IMG/VR virus record: IMGVR_UViG_3300049198_000021 | Span: 112,505 to 176,504 of that record | DNA length: 64,000 nt | Source of the DNA: a virus | Lineage: Duplodnaviria > Caudoviricetes | Direction: 5' to 3' (one strand) | Shown here: piece by piece, positions 32,549-42,528 of the stretch | Layout: every line of letters starts with the position of its first letter | Numbering within the stretch: the first letter of the stretch is position 1 | Position numbers and translations under genes: made by a program | Notes under the pieces: model-generated | The model's input: the letters and a program-made list of their open reading frames with translations, nothing else | Told to the model about the DNA's origin: nothing | Database searches by the model: none

Positions 32549-32659
32549 GAGTTTTGGGTGTCCGTAGATGAAGTGAAAACGGCCGCACAGTATAGCGAAA
32601 CTGTCGGTGGTGAGCAAGTGGTATATTTACTGCGCAGCAAATATACCGCTTGACACGAA

Positions 32660-33268
32660 TTAGTGCTGGAGGACGGTGGAGAGGCCCTTGGCTACGCTGA
32701 ACCGAGGAAGTGCCAGACCAGTCCCGTAGACCCAACGACCGAACTCCGGGTGGTCCCGTTCGCCGTAGGAGCCGATCTCAATTTCTGCCAGTTCGAGGTC
32801 GAAGCCGATGTCGGTCGCGACAATATCAGGATCGATCCCACTCAGGACTCCGACGACTTCGCGGGCGTCATGCATGACACGATCGACGGTCGCATCCGGC
32901 AATGTAACGAAGAGTTCGGCTTTCATGAAGCCAGTCTGGTAGAAGATGTTCTGGACCGGCTCGTGACGGAAGCAAGGCGTCACGCCGATGTATGCGCCGG
33001 GCTTGAGTCCCATGGACAGGAAGCCTTGCTCAGCCGAGCCTACGAGGTAGTGTGCTTCTTCGAAAGCATCGGTTCCGCCGATCCACTTACCTTCATGGTC
33101 ACGATGGTCAAACCGAGGACAGGCAACGTATGCCGGGAACTGCTGAGGCAGGGTGGCGCGGATCGGTGCCTCAGGAACAAGCCAAGGAACTTCCTTGTAG
33201 ACGTAGCCCCGCTTCTGATACTCCGTGACCGCCCGGCCGAGAAGCGCGTAGTCGATCATCGGTGTCAT
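32660..33268 (-). CDS. Stand-alone class II aminoacyl-tRNA synthetase-like (SerRS-like) catalytic domain
   Basis: LVGSAEQ, TPCFRHE (motif 2), FMKAELF, EIGSYG, GTGLALPR (motif 3); about 202 aa with no tRNA-binding arm. Confidence 0.65.
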   Translation of the reverse strand: MTPMIDYALLGRAVTEYQKRGYVYKEVPWLVPEAPIRATLPQQFPAYVACPRFDHRDHEGKWIGGTDAFEEAHYLVGSAEQGFLSMGLKPGAYIGVTPCFRHEPVQNIFYQTGFMKAELFVTLPDATVDRVMHDAREVVGVLSGIDPDIVATDIGFDLELAEIEIGSYGERDHPEFGRWVYGTGLALPRFSVAKGLSTVLQH

Positions 33269-33269
33269 A

Positions 33270-33506
33270 TCAGTCGTCATCCTCTTCATCACCGAAGTCG
33301 TCCGGTCCCATGATCCAGTCGCTGCACATCTCACAAAGCTGGGTGCATTCATCGACCCACGGACCGGTGTCACCACATTCCATGCATTCGTCAGGATCGG
33401 GAATCCGTTCGAGAACCTTGCCGTCCTTGTCAACGAGGAAGCGACCTTCGCCGGTCTCGACGATCTCAGGGTAGAACACTGGTTGGGCCTTGATCTCAGT
33501 CATCAC
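33270..33506 (-). CDS. Hypothetical CxxC protein
   Basis: CMEC...CEMC, acidic tail. Confidence 0.5.
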   Translation of the reverse strand: MMTEIKAQPVFYPEIVETGEGRFLVDKDGKVLERIPDPDECMECGDTGPWVDECTQLCEMCSDWIMGPDDFGDEEDDD

Positions 33507-33858
33507 AGTTCTCCTGCCTTACCATAAACTCCGGACAAAGCTCAGAGACCTTGCGGAATTGATCGTGTCGATAATCAGCCCACGGATCGTCTTCGCCACC
33601 AACAAGCCGGACAAAGCCGGTCTGTTCGTTGACGACACGCGCACGGGTGTAGCGTTCGCCTTGGCCGTCATCACGAAAGACGTGATAGTCAGGCGTTTCG
33701 ATCCCGGCGTCTTCCATCTCAACCAGCAAGGCTTCGAAGCGATGACGCCATTCCATTGGCATGACTTGCAAGGCGAGCTTGGGAAGCACCAAGTAGGGCG
33801 TCCGGGCGAGCCGCAAGTCAAACGGGCATTGGTGCATGACCATAGCCTCAGCCATCAC
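33496..33858 (-). CDS. Hypothetical protein
   Basis: In operon order with overlapping neighbours. Confidence 0.55.
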   Translation of the reverse strand: MMAEAMVMHQCPFDLRLARTPYLVLPKLALQVMPMEWRHRFEALLVEMEDAGIETPDYHVFRDDGQGERYTRARVVNEQTGFVRLVGGEDDPWADYRHDQFRKVSELCPEFMVRQENCDD

Positions 33859-34141
33859 GATTCTTCCGAGCGCCGGACTCGAAAGCCCGCTGAGTGACAG
33901 CCGACATCGCGGCGAGGTCTGAGAGGGTAACGGTCGGGTGATGCTTTGCCAGCCATCCCTCGATCGCGCCGATCACATCGGAGAGTTCGACTAGCGCCAT
34001 GATCTGAACGTTCTGGTCCAGTGCATCGGCGAACTCGTCGATCTCCTCGTAAATCTTGGAGTCTTCCCCGAAAACACCGCGTGCGATTACCGCCTTGTGG
34101 TATCCGAGGAGCGCTTCGGTTTCTGTTTCGGGTTCAGGCAC
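33848..34141 (-). CDS. MazG/NTP-PPase-like small protein
   Basis: KIYEEIDEFADA...VELSDVI acidic helical motif. Confidence 0.45.
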   Translation of the reverse strand: MPEPETETEALLGYHKAVIARGVFGEDSKIYEEIDEFADALDQNVQIMALVELSDVIGAIEGWLAKHHPTVTLSDLAAMSAVTQRAFESGARKNRDG

Positions 34142-34485
34142 GCTTCTTCATCCTCTTGCGGAACGCACGGTTCTCGACGGACATTGCCTTGCGGCGCTGG
34201 GCGCGATTGAGACCTTCGTAGCGGGTGTCGCGGACATTCTGCCAGCGAATATCAGAAGTGGTATCGTTCGGGTCAGAAACCAAAACGGTGCCGTCGGTTG
34301 TTTCGAAGTCTAGGGTCATGGTTCTCACATTCATTTCCCAACAACAACATCGATGATAAGCGCAACACCCACGGCACCAATCAGAAGGACAGCGGTGGCC
34401 TGAATCCAAGAAAGCTTTCTATCCATTTTCTTTCCCCTTCAAGCCACCGCATATCCAGAATGGCGGTGAGAGTCAAACGAAATCG

Positions 34486-34713
34486 TCAGGTGATGCGATG
34501 AACTCGGGCACCGGGCACAGAACGTTCGATCACCAGTGCGATTTCATCAGCATCCCCGACAAGATCGAGATTTGCTACCACCCCATGAGGAGCATAAGCA
34601 AGCAGCTTGGTCATAGTCGGCGCGTTGGGATCAGACAGGAGGGTGAAGAACAGACGACCGTCCAGATAGACCGGGCCTACATCCTTGTCTTCAAATCGAA
34701 GAAGGTCCATCAC
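34486..34713 (-). CDS. Hypothetical protein
   Basis: Operon context. Confidence 0.5.
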   Translation of the reverse strand: MMDLLRFEDKDVGPVYLDGRLFFTLLSDPNAPTMTKLLAYAPHGVVANLDLVGDADEIALVIERSVPGARVHRIT

Positions 34714-35027
34714 TTGTCCACTTCGAAGGTGCGCTCATACGTCTCGGCGGGATTTTCGTCGGCGTATTTGCGGGTGACAAACCGGCCAGTGATGGCCGAT
34801 ACGAAGCGCTTGAAGCGCCGGCGGAGATTGAAGCGGCTCATGCGATCATCGCCGGCATGAAGTGGAAGATGAAGTAGTAGATGCCGTAAACGATCATCCC
34901 CAAGAAGGCGAGCTTCGCGAGGAGGAGGATACAGCCGATCCCTGCCAAGATACCACCAACGGTGCCATCAACATTCGACATTGTGTTTTCCTTGTGATGT
35001 GCTGCCCGGCCGAAGCCGGGCAACGGG

Positions 35028-35600
35028 TTATGCCTTGTCGGCGCGGGCCTGTGCGTCGGCGTCGGTGTAGGTGAGGCCCGCGTAGCGGACGCTCAGCTTG
35101 GCGATGTTGGCAGCAAGCACGTCGTCCTGCTCGACACCAGTCATGTGACGGATCACCATCAGGGGGCCTTCCAGCTTCGCCAGAACAGCGATGAAAGCAT
35201 CGCGATCGACAGGCTTCTGGTATACCACCACCTTCTTGACCAAATCGAGGATGTCACCGCCGGCAACCGAGATGACAGCAGCCATCTCGATCGGTTCGGG
35301 TGAATACATGAAGGGGATGTCGGCTTCGATCACCTCATCACGGGCCACGCCGAGGTTGGTGCGAAGCTGCTGGAGATAGAACTCCATGTCGCCCAGTTCT
35401 TCGACCAGATTTTCCAGATCAAGCTCGCGGTTGTTGTGAAACTCCAGAAGAGCCAAGCAAATCTCGGACGCTTCGGTAGCAACGCCGGTCCCGGCGTGCC
35501 ACAGATCAGCAGTCTCGGCCGTCAATCCGCTGAGGATGTCGGCACCCGGCTTGACCAATGCGCGGACAAGCTCGGGATGGGTGATGGTTTGTTCAGTCAA
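35028..35600 (-). CDS. MazG-like nucleotide pyrophosphohydrolase with internal duplication
   Basis: TEASEI..EELGDMEFY..NIAKLSVRY; TTG start at 35600 with GAGGA RBS. Confidence 0.7.
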   Translation of the reverse strand: MTEQTITHPELVRALVKPGADILSGLTAETADLWHAGTGVATEASEICLALLEFHNNRELDLENLVEELGDMEFYLQQLRTNLGVARDEVIEADIPFMYSPEPIEMAAVISVAGGDILDLVKKVVVYQKPVDRDAFIAVLAKLEGPLMVIRHMTGVEQDDVLAANIAKLSVRYAGLTYTDADAQARADKA

Positions 35601-35610
35601 GGTGTGTTCC

Positions 35611-36111
35611 TCAGGCTGCGATCGTGGAAGGAGCGGAATCCGCATTGGCGATTTTCGCCGACCCATTCTGGGCAACGTATTCCTCAGCGAATTTCCAGAC
35701 CGCATTGCGGAAATCCACATCAGTGAGAAGGTAACGCATGTAAGTGCCGACCACCTGAGCAGTGGTAGGAAGGCTGTAGCCGGTCGGATCACCACCTTCG
35801 TTGTCCAGCGTGACGTTGTAGCGCCCGGTGGTCAGGTCCTTGTCGGTAAGGGAGATTGTCATCTTGGCCGGAGTTTCAGTCATCGGCATTTCCGGGTTGT
35901 CCCGCGTCATGCTGTCAATCAGGTCGCGACCGAATGCCACAACACCATTCGCAAAGTCCTCCGTGGCGATGATGGTGTTGAGGTAGAACGCTGTGAAATA
36001 CGCAGCGGTAGCCTGTCCGTCATCGATCTCGGTCCCAGATGCAGCAAAATCAACCTTGTAGGTCGCTGCTGCCAGATCGATGTCGCTGACAGTCAAGGTC
36101 ACAAATGCCAT
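35611..36111 (-). CDS. Hypothetical protein (two similar halves)
   Basis: GGAG RBS; TVSDIDL..TYKVD and SLTDKDL..RYNVT halves. Confidence 0.6.
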   Translation of the reverse strand: MAFVTLTVSDIDLAAATYKVDFAASGTEIDDGQATAAYFTAFYLNTIIATEDFANGVVAFGRDLIDSMTRDNPEMPMTETPAKMTISLTDKDLTTGRYNVTLDNEGGDPTGYSLPTTAQVVGTYMRYLLTDVDFRNAVWKFAEEYVAQNGSAKIANADSAPSTIAA

Positions 36112-36164
36112 AATAAGTTACTCCAGTTTCAGGCAAAATATCCTCCAGCAGGAGGACAGCCCTC

Positions 36165-36752
36165 CTACAGGAAACGTAGCTTGTCGAGAAAGCGCATCTG
36201 GAACTCTTGGATCGCGAAGGGTTCTTGCCCCGGCGCGGCCCGCCGATTGGTGATCTTTTGACTGGCTGGAAGCGAGGCAATGAGTTCGTCAATCAGAGCT
36301 TCGGATTCGTGTTCCCCCTCAATAGGCTTGATCCAGTCGGCCGTGATGCCGAAGCATACACCACCGGCTGCTTCAACAGCCTTCATTTCATTGGGGAAGC
36401 GCACATCAGTGATCACGGTTTCCCGCCCACTGGTGAGCCCAATCGCAGTGCTGATCCACAGATCATCCGCGATAAGTTGACGACCCCATTCAGTCCCCAA
36501 GGTCTGCATTGCAAACCGAGGGGTCTGTCCGGAAAGATAAGAAGTCGGCATCTCTTTGAGATCGCCTTCCACCATCCGTTCGACAGTGAGAGCATCCAAA
36601 CCGCGATAGGTCAAGAAACATCTCAGCATGTCTTTCAGAGCCCCCGCGAACTTGACGTTCTGGTAGCCCCGAGACAGCAGCACGAGAGCCGCTGTATCTT
36701 TGCCTGATCCCTTCCGGCCAAGGAGGCCGATGAGCTTCGGTGTCGATGTCAT
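36165..36752 (-). CDS. Deoxynucleoside monophosphate kinase
   Basis: GRKGSGKDT P-loop, FAGALK, PRFAMQTLGTEWGR, ITDVRFPNE, HESE. Confidence 0.9.
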   Translation of the reverse strand: MTSTPKLIGLLGRKGSGKDTAALVLLSRGYQNVKFAGALKDMLRCFLTYRGLDALTVERMVEGDLKEMPTSYLSGQTPRFAMQTLGTEWGRQLIADDLWISTAIGLTSGRETVITDVRFPNEMKAVEAAGGVCFGITADWIKPIEGEHESEALIDELIASLPASQKITNRRAAPGQEPFAIQEFQMRFLDKLRFL

Positions 36753-36860
36753 GCTTCTGAGACTTTCTTAATTTTGGCGCAAGTGCTTACGGTGAGGCGA
36801 GGCATACTTGCGGTGAGTTGACGCAACCTTATAGTCTAACTGGCCGTATTCTGCCGTTTA

Positions 36861-37316
36861 TCACGGGATAATGACCAGTCGTTCTCTCGTCTGCTTCATC
36901 CATCTTGCGATGGCTTCATGGTCTTCTGCTGTTCCGTCGTTCTTTAACCGATTCGCCCGATACGACATGACCACGATGTTGCCCTTGACGTAGCCTCGAT
37001 CGTTGTTGATACGATCTAAGGAATATGCATGGGGGTCTTGAGGCCCGGCAGAGACTCTTAGAGGCGTCCCGAACACCGGACAGTTGGTTGGTAAAGGTAG
37101 TAGGTCTTCGATTTCGAAGTCGAAAGCTAACCCAAGCTTAGCGGCCCTTGCTCGCGCCCTTCGCCACATACCAGCAGCCGGATTTTTTCGATAATGTATC
37201 TTGATCCATTCGTTAATACATGAACGACAGCGTGCTTGTGTTCCGTCGGTTGATCTCTTATCAGGTGGAAAATCTGATAAAGTCTTCTCCACCTGACAGG
37301 CCCGGCACATTTTCAT
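36861..37316 (-). CDS. Free-standing HNH-like (homing) endonuclease
   Basis: N-terminal CxxC/CxxC, CPVFG, SLDRINNDRGYVKGNIVVMSYRANRLKN; more AT-rich. Confidence 0.75.
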   Translation of the reverse strand: MKMCRACQVEKTLSDFPPDKRSTDGTQARCRSCINEWIKIHYRKNPAAGMWRRARARAAKLGLAFDFEIEDLLPLPTNCPVFGTPLRVSAGPQDPHAYSLDRINNDRGYVKGNIVVMSYRANRLKNDGTAEDHEAIARWMKQTRERLVIIP

Positions 37317-38641
37317 GCTACAATAACCAACCGCTCAGCCGCTCGTGTAATGGCAGTATAAAGCCACTTATCAGCATCCTCTCGGAACGAGCCGGAATCG
37401 TCGTGAACGATAACCTCATCCCATTGACTCCCTTGAGCTTTATGACAAGTTATCGCCCATCCGAAATCTAGCTGGTGATCATTGATTCGCGAACGGAAGG
37501 CACGGTCTTTGGTGGTGGTGGCGAAGTTCTTCACACGGCCAAAATGCTCTTCCAAGAGCCCTTGGTAACAGAACATCGAATATGCCTTACCCTCTTCATC
37601 GCGAATCTTGGCAAGGAACCGATCGGCCCCATCAGCAGCCATCCCGTGATCGTCAGCAGAATACACCTGAGTGCCGTTGACAAGGTTCGGGTAGGTGCGG
37701 CTGTTGCGGCACATGATCAGCGGCTCGCCCTTGTGGGGCAGTGTATCGAGGAAGCCACCTTCCTTGCGCATCTTGCTGGTCTGCTTCCAACGGTTCTTGT
37801 TGGTGCCGACAATGACCTGAGCATCGCGATCGAGGTCGAGGGTGTAGATGTCCTTCTTGGGAGGGACGATCAACACGCCGTTACCATAGTCACCATAGTC
37901 ACCGCGCTGGCCCTTGCGAACCAAAGTGGCGAGGTGGATGATCGGGTTGTCGGCCGCCTGCCGGTGGACTTCGGTAAGGAAGGCATCGGGCGAGCCGTTG
38001 AGGAAGCCGGGGTCTTCTCCAACCGGCGGAAGCTGGCCGGGATCGCCCATCACGAGGATGGGAATCTCGAAGTCCATGAGGTCTTCGGCCATCTGCTCAC
38101 CGACCATGGAGCCTTCGTCCACCACGATTAGGTGGATGTCAGACTGCACGAGACGCGAGTCGGGATTGAGTGAGAAGCGGAGATCGTTCAGATCGTAGGC
38201 GCGATCGAGGTCGCGGGTGAGGATGTGAATCTTCTTCTCGGCTTCGTGGAGATCAGCCTTCAAGTTGCCCGACGGCGGAGCTACACTACCAGCCTTGAGC
38301 ATGGTGACGAAGGTCTTCATCTCAGCCAGTTCGCGCTCCAGCGCCTCGGCCTTCTGCGGCTTGGGCGTGTAGATCAGCGAGTGGATTGTCGAAGGGTAGA
38401 CGTTAATGCCCTGAGCCCGGAGCTTGGTTCCCATGACCTTGGCGGCCTTACCAGTCGGCGCACAGAAGGCAACCTGTTCAGGATCAAGCCCAAGGGCGTC
38501 TAGGATGTCAGGCAGGATGGTGGACTTACCGGTGCCTGCGAATCCACACATCACGAACACCTGCTTCATGGCAGTGCTGTTCTTGAACCATTCGCGGATG
38601 CGGCGCACGGCGTCCCCCTGCTGTGGGGAAAGCTCGAACAT
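37313..38641 (-). CDS. SF1B (RecD/Dda-like) DNA helicase
   Basis: GFAGTGKST, APTGKAA, TIHS, VDEGSM, GDPGQLPPV, EVHRQ, AITCHKAQGSQW, YTAITRA. Confidence 0.93.
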   Translation of the reverse strand: MFELSPQQGDAVRRIREWFKNSTAMKQVFVMCGFAGTGKSTILPDILDALGLDPEQVAFCAPTGKAAKVMGTKLRAQGINVYPSTIHSLIYTPKPQKAEALERELAEMKTFVTMLKAGSVAPPSGNLKADLHEAEKKIHILTRDLDRAYDLNDLRFSLNPDSRLVQSDIHLIVVDEGSMVGEQMAEDLMDFEIPILVMGDPGQLPPVGEDPGFLNGSPDAFLTEVHRQAADNPIIHLATLVRKGQRGDYGDYGNGVLIVPPKKDIYTLDLDRDAQVIVGTNKNRWKQTSKMRKEGGFLDTLPHKGEPLIMCRNSRTYPNLVNGTQVYSADDHGMAADGADRFLAKIRDEEGKAYSMFCYQGLLEEHFGRVKNFATTTKDRAFRSRINDHQLDFGWAITCHKAQGSQWDEVIVHDDSGSFREDADKWLYTAITRAAERLVIVA

Positions 38642-38650
38642 TGGAGTTCC

Positions 38651-38932
38651 TTAGTCGAAGGTGACCTTGACTTTGTAATTGACATGCTCACCGTTTACCC
38701 GGTGAAGGGTGTAGGCAATCACAGTGAACATCATCATCAAGATGAAGGTCACAATGATCGATACCACCGTCACCGGGTAAGACAGGAGTCTGAGGATCAG
38801 CTTGAACGCGAACCGCCCCGCACCCTTGACTTTCTCAGGCTCGTTGATCCAGTAAAGGAGAGTCCCGGCAGACAGCGCGAGAACAGCGAGAGCGAGCATG
38901 AGGGTATAGAGAGAGGAGTCGGTCAGGATCAT
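38651..38932 (-). CDS. Membrane protein
   Basis: Two TM segments. Confidence 0.5.
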   Translation of the reverse strand: MILTDSSLYTLMLALAVLALSAGTLLYWINEPEKVKGAGRFAFKLILRLLSYPVTVVSIIVTFILMMMFTVIAYTLHRVNGEHVNYKVKVTFD

Positions 38933-38939
38933 AGCTTGA

Positions 38940-39257
38940 TCAGTCAGCCTTGCCGGGAGCCACGACGACTTCTTCCGGCTTGGAGGTCCGCATCTCGAAC
39001 AGGAAAAGACCTGACGCGAGGAGATCACGGAACTCCTGTTCGGCGATCACGAGCGCTCCACGACCACCGACGTTGACGGTGTAAGTCGTGACGGGCACGT
39101 TGGGGCCGAAGATCACTTCGATGAAGACGTTGCGGCCGGGCCCTTCGACCAAGGCGGCCTGAACGAAAACACCGGGGTGCTTCTCGTAAGGCTGCGTCAG
39201 GGTCGCGTCGGGGAGGCGCGCTAGATAGGCGTTGGAATCTGGGGTCTTGTCACCCAT
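38940..39257 (-). CDS. Hypothetical protein
   Basis: AGGAG RBS. Confidence 0.55.
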   Translation of the reverse strand: MGDKTPDSNAYLARLPDATLTQPYEKHPGVFVQAALVEGPGRNVFIEVIFGPNVPVTTYTVNVGGRGALVIAEQEFRDLLASGLFLFEMRTSKPEEVVVAPGKAD

Positions 39258-39320
39258 GTGTTGTCTCCTTGGAAGTCGGGCGTGATGGGGAGGACCGAAG
39301 GACAGCCCTCCCCATTAAGC

Positions 39321-40421
39321 TTAATCGAAGTTGCGGACCCGGCGACCACCGGCGGCAGCGCCACGACCACGACGCGGAGCGGGAGCTTCCTCCTCTTCCT
39401 CTTCCTCGGCCGGGGCAGGGGTGCGGCCACGGCGGGGTGCCGGTGCTTCTTCCTCTTCCTCTTCGACCGGGGCAGCAGCCTTGCGGCCACGACGCGGAGC
39501 GGGAGCTTCGGGCTCGTCTTCCTCTTCCTCTTCGACCGGGGCAGCAGCCTTACGGCCACGACGCGGAGCGGGAGCTTCTTCCTCCTCTTCCTCGACGGGA
39601 GCAGCGGCACGGCGGCCACGACGCGGAGCGGGAGCTTCCTCCTCTTCCTCTTCCTCGACCGGGACAGCGGCGCGACGACCACGGGCCGGGGCCGGTGCTT
39701 CATCTTCCTCTTCTTCCTCGGGCGGCGGAGCGATCGCCTTCTTCTTCTTGGCAGCCGGTGCCGGCTCTTCGAAGTCGTCTTCGTCGTCGAAGTCGCCATC
39801 ACCGGTGAGGCCGGCCAGTTCTTCGGCCGTCATCCAGCCAACGATCTTGAGGACCGGCGACCACTTGATCTTGCCGTGCTTCTTGACCTTCGGCACATAG
39901 GATTCCGCACCGAGTTCGATGATCGGAAACTCTCCGGGGTGCTGGGCGAACACGCGACCGTAAGCAGCCGAGAGCTTGCGAAGCTGGCGAACCTGACCAC
40001 CGGTCGAGGTCTTCCAGAGGAGCGGGGTGCCGACCGCTTCATCCTGATCGTCGGTGCCATAGCTCTCCAGAACGAGGCTGATGGAAGCGGCTTCGCGCCA
40101 GCCATCATCATCGTCATAGGGGCCATGATCTTCCAGTTCATGTTCCATCGGCGGCTTGCCGTCCACGACGGGAACGAGGATTTCTTCCTCGACCGCGCTT
40201 TCGACCCAGCACATCCAGCCGAACGCGAGGGTCCCCATATCACCGACGACGCGGCTCTTGGCGGGGAGGTCTTCGTCGTCCTGACCGAACGACCAGCGGC
40301 CGTCGTTGCCATTGAACTTGAGGTAGGCACCGTCTGCAACACCCTTGCCGGCTTCCGCCCAAGGGTTTGCACCGGTGGTAGCGACATCACGGCCGCCGGA
40401 CTGAGGAACAAGCTGTCCCAT
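39321..40421 (-). CDS. Putative ssDNA-binding protein with repetitive charged tail
   Basis: YLKFNGNDGRW..GWMCW..YVPKVKKHGKI..PVLKIVGW core typical of phage SSB-like proteins; GGAG RBS; located in replication arm. Confidence 0.6.
   Translation of the reverse strand: MGQLVPQSGGRDVATTGANPWAEAGKGVADGAYLKFNGNDGRWSFGQDDEDLPAKSRVVGDMGTLAFGWMCWVESAVEEEILVPVVDGKPPMEHELEDHGPYDDDDGWREAASISLVLESYGTDDQDEAVGTPLLWKTSTGGQVRQLRKLSAAYGRVFAQHPGEFPIIELGAESYVPKVKKHGKIKWSPVLKIVGWMTAEELAGLTGDGDFDDEDDFEEPAPAAKKKKAIAPPPEEEEEDEAPAPARGRRAAVPVEEEEEEEAPAPRRGRRAAAPVEEEEEEAPAPRRGRKAAAPVEEEEEDEPEAPAPRRGRKAAAPVEEEEEEAPAPRRGRTPAPAEEEEEEEAPAPRRGRGAAAGGRRVRNFD
39355..39722 (-). repeat. Six intragenic repeats of about 60 bp encoding E5-7-APAP-RRGR-AAAPV
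   Basis: Visible in DNA (CCACGACGCGGAGCGGGAGCTTC units) and in the translation. Confidence 0.9.
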
Positions 40422-40473
40422 AGTTACTCCATTCTTAGAGGGGGTTCCGGGCAACCCGCCCGGAGAGGGACGA

Positions 40474-40761
40474 TTACTTCGTCAGGACGTTCTTGAGGTT
40501 CGCGAGAACCTTGGCGGCAGCGACCGCTTCGGCGATTTCAGCGCGGACTTCGGCGGCCTTCAACTCGGCCTGCTCGCGGATGCGAGTGACCTCATCTTCG
40601 GCGTCGGCGAACAGGTCTTCGACCTGCTCTTCGAGGTTGTTCACCCGATCGTCATTCTGGGCGAGGAAGATGTCGAGCTTGGCATCGAGAGCGATGACGA
40701 AAGCGACGAGGGAATTGCTGCTACGCGCAATGAAACGCAGCAAGAAGGAATTGAGGTTCAT
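40474..40761 (-). CDS. Hypothetical coiled-coil protein
   Basis: First gene after the 40837 promoter. Confidence 0.55.
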   Translation of the reverse strand: MNLNSFLLRFIARSSNSLVAFVIALDAKLDIFLAQNDDRVNNLEEQVEDLFADAEDEVTRIREQAELKAAEVRAEIAEAVAAAKVLANLKNVLTK

Positions 40762-40813
40762 GTCGGGAAAACCTTTCGGGAGGTGATTCGGTAGTGGTTG
40801 TTCTGAGACATTC

Positions 40814-40857
40814 TAGCTACACACCGGTAAGGTTAATGTCAAGCCAAAATGTCGGTG
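40814..40857 (-). promoter_or_regulatory. Promoter with upstream CACCGACATT box
   Basis: 21-mer TGTCAAGCCAAAATGTCGGTG identical to 44643-44663. Confidence 0.7.
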
Positions 40858-40879
40858 GCGGGTAATTAAGCGACGAGGA

Positions 40880-41938
40880 TCAATCCTTGAGCTTGACGGT
40901 CAGGCGCTCGTATCCGTTGCCTTCGCGTTGGTAGTCGTCGATGCTCTTCCCCAAGTCTTGGAGGTCAGCAGCGAGCGAGAGAGTGTCGAGCGACTTCTTG
41001 CCCGAACACCACGAGTTGCTGATGGTGAACCGGTCATCACCAACACCCTTGGTATCGTGTTCACGAAGAATTTCCTTGATCTCGGCTTCGATCACCTTCT
41101 TCTCGTGTTCGGCATCCTTGGCGGTCGCCGCAAATTCCTTCTGCCGGCCAGCCAGCAGCGCCAGACGATCAAGGATCGCCGGGTCTTCGATCTTGCGCTT
41201 GGCCTTCGGGAAGTTCTCACCGGTGGTGTAGGCACACTCCTGCGTGAACTCGCACAGATTGCACTCGCCGCTGATCTTGCCCTCAGCCATCAGGTCAGCC
41301 GGGTTCTCAGCAGCGAAGATCATCTTGGCGCGCTGCTTGGCAGCCTCGTAGATTTTCGGATCGCGCTTGACGACGTAGGGACGGATGTCTGAAAGCCACG
41401 ACGCGTTGAAGTAGACGATCACCGCATACTCCGGCCGGAACTCGGTGAGTTCGTGGATGAGGCCCATCTGGACCTGCACCTGCCCGACGTGGATTTCCTT
41501 GGCTTCCTTGATGTTGGCGCGAGGATCGAACGACTTGTATTCGATCACCAAGTCCTCGGACAGGATGTCATCGATACCAAGCTGAGCGAGGGCGTCCGGA
41601 TCGAGCCCGGTTGCCAGACCGTCCGGCGTTGCCGAGAGACGCCCCTTGCGAAGGGTCTCCTGTTCATCACCAGCGTAGAGCAGTTCGGCCCCTTCGGTCA
41701 TGATCGCCTGCGTCGCCGGGACAGCGAAGAAGTTTTCGATGATGTCCCCGCGCTTGGCAGCGCCCCAGTCCTGTTCGTGATCGTCGTCAGCGTCATACTG
41801 GAACTTCTTGAAGTGGACCTTCCTCAAGCAGGAGAAAGCTTCGGAAGCACCGACCGATGCGTTGCGGTCATACTTCCATTCCTTCTCGTTGGAATCGGAG
41901 AAGGCTTGGAACATGCCGTCGAAATTGAGTGCAGCCAT
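40880..41938 (-). CDS. PD-(D/E)xK exonuclease (Cas4/lambda-exo-like)
   Basis: ASEAFSCLRK, LSATPDG, IEYKS, QVQVQMG, C-terminal CNLCEFTQEC. Confidence 0.8.
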   Translation of the reverse strand: MAALNFDGMFQAFSDSNEKEWKYDRNASVGASEAFSCLRKVHFKKFQYDADDDHEQDWGAAKRGDIIENFFAVPATQAIMTEGAELLYAGDEQETLRKGRLSATPDGLATGLDPDALAQLGIDDILSEDLVIEYKSFDPRANIKEAKEIHVGQVQVQMGLIHELTEFRPEYAVIVYFNASWLSDIRPYVVKRDPKIYEAAKQRAKMIFAAENPADLMAEGKISGECNLCEFTQECAYTTGENFPKAKRKIEDPAILDRLALLAGRQKEFAATAKDAEHEKKVIEAEIKEILREHDTKGVGDDRFTISNSWCSGKKSLDTLSLAADLQDLGKSIDDYQREGNGYERLTVKLKD

Positions 41939-42528
41939 TAGTTGATACTCGCGTCTGGGGCCATGCGGGCAGCAAGGCCATACTTCTCGGAAGTCTTGTT
42001 GAACTTCGCAGCCACAGCGGCGCGTAGATCGATGTTGAACTTCACGCCGATTGCCTGAGAGAACATCAGAGCGGTCCGAAGGGACTCGCTAAGATTGTTC
42101 ACTGTGAGGTGGTTTGGGAAAGTGGCTGGAATGTTATCACCCCAGTAAGCTTTCTCGGTCTCCACCATTTCGACACAACCCATGACCTGCCCGATCGCCC
42201 GGCCGAACGAGACCGCGAGTGCATCTGCCTCGTAACTGGTCCAGTCATCAGCGGTGTCGTAACGCTTGATCTCCGGGAGATCGTAGGCGATGGCGAGCAG
42301 ATCGAGACAGATGACGGCATCAGCCAGTTCGTCGCTCAGGTCCTGCATGGTAGCCCGCGAGCCGACCATGCCCAGCCGCTCGCGCTCCAGCTTCTTGACG
42401 ACGTTCAGCAGTTCACCTGCCTCGCCGAAAAGCTCGATCGCGTAGAACAGCGGGCCGTCTTTGGCTCCATTGGACCATTCAATGCCGCGCTGGACATTGG
42501 CTTCACGCATGTTGGAGTATTGCATCAC
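41938..42528 (-). CDS. MazG-like nucleotide pyrophosphohydrolase
   Basis: ELFGEAGELLNVVKK..DELADAVI..KFNKTS. Confidence 0.75.
   Translation of the reverse strand: MMQYSNMREANVQRGIEWSNGAKDGPLFYAIELFGEAGELLNVVKKLERERLGMVGSRATMQDLSDELADAVICLDLLAIAYDLPEIKRYDTADDWTSYEADALAVSFGRAIGQVMGCVEMVETEKAYWGDNIPATFPNHLTVNNLSESLRTALMFSQAIGVKFNIDLRAAVAAKFNKTSEKYGLAARMAPDASIN

Noticed and set aside
36861-37316. Intron-encoded endonuclease
   Set aside because: The flanking helicase and kinase genes are complete, so the nuclease appears free-standing.
40880-41938. CRISPR-associated Cas4
   Set aside because: No repeat-spacer array or other cas genes in the window; stand-alone Cas4-like nucleases are common in phage replication modules.
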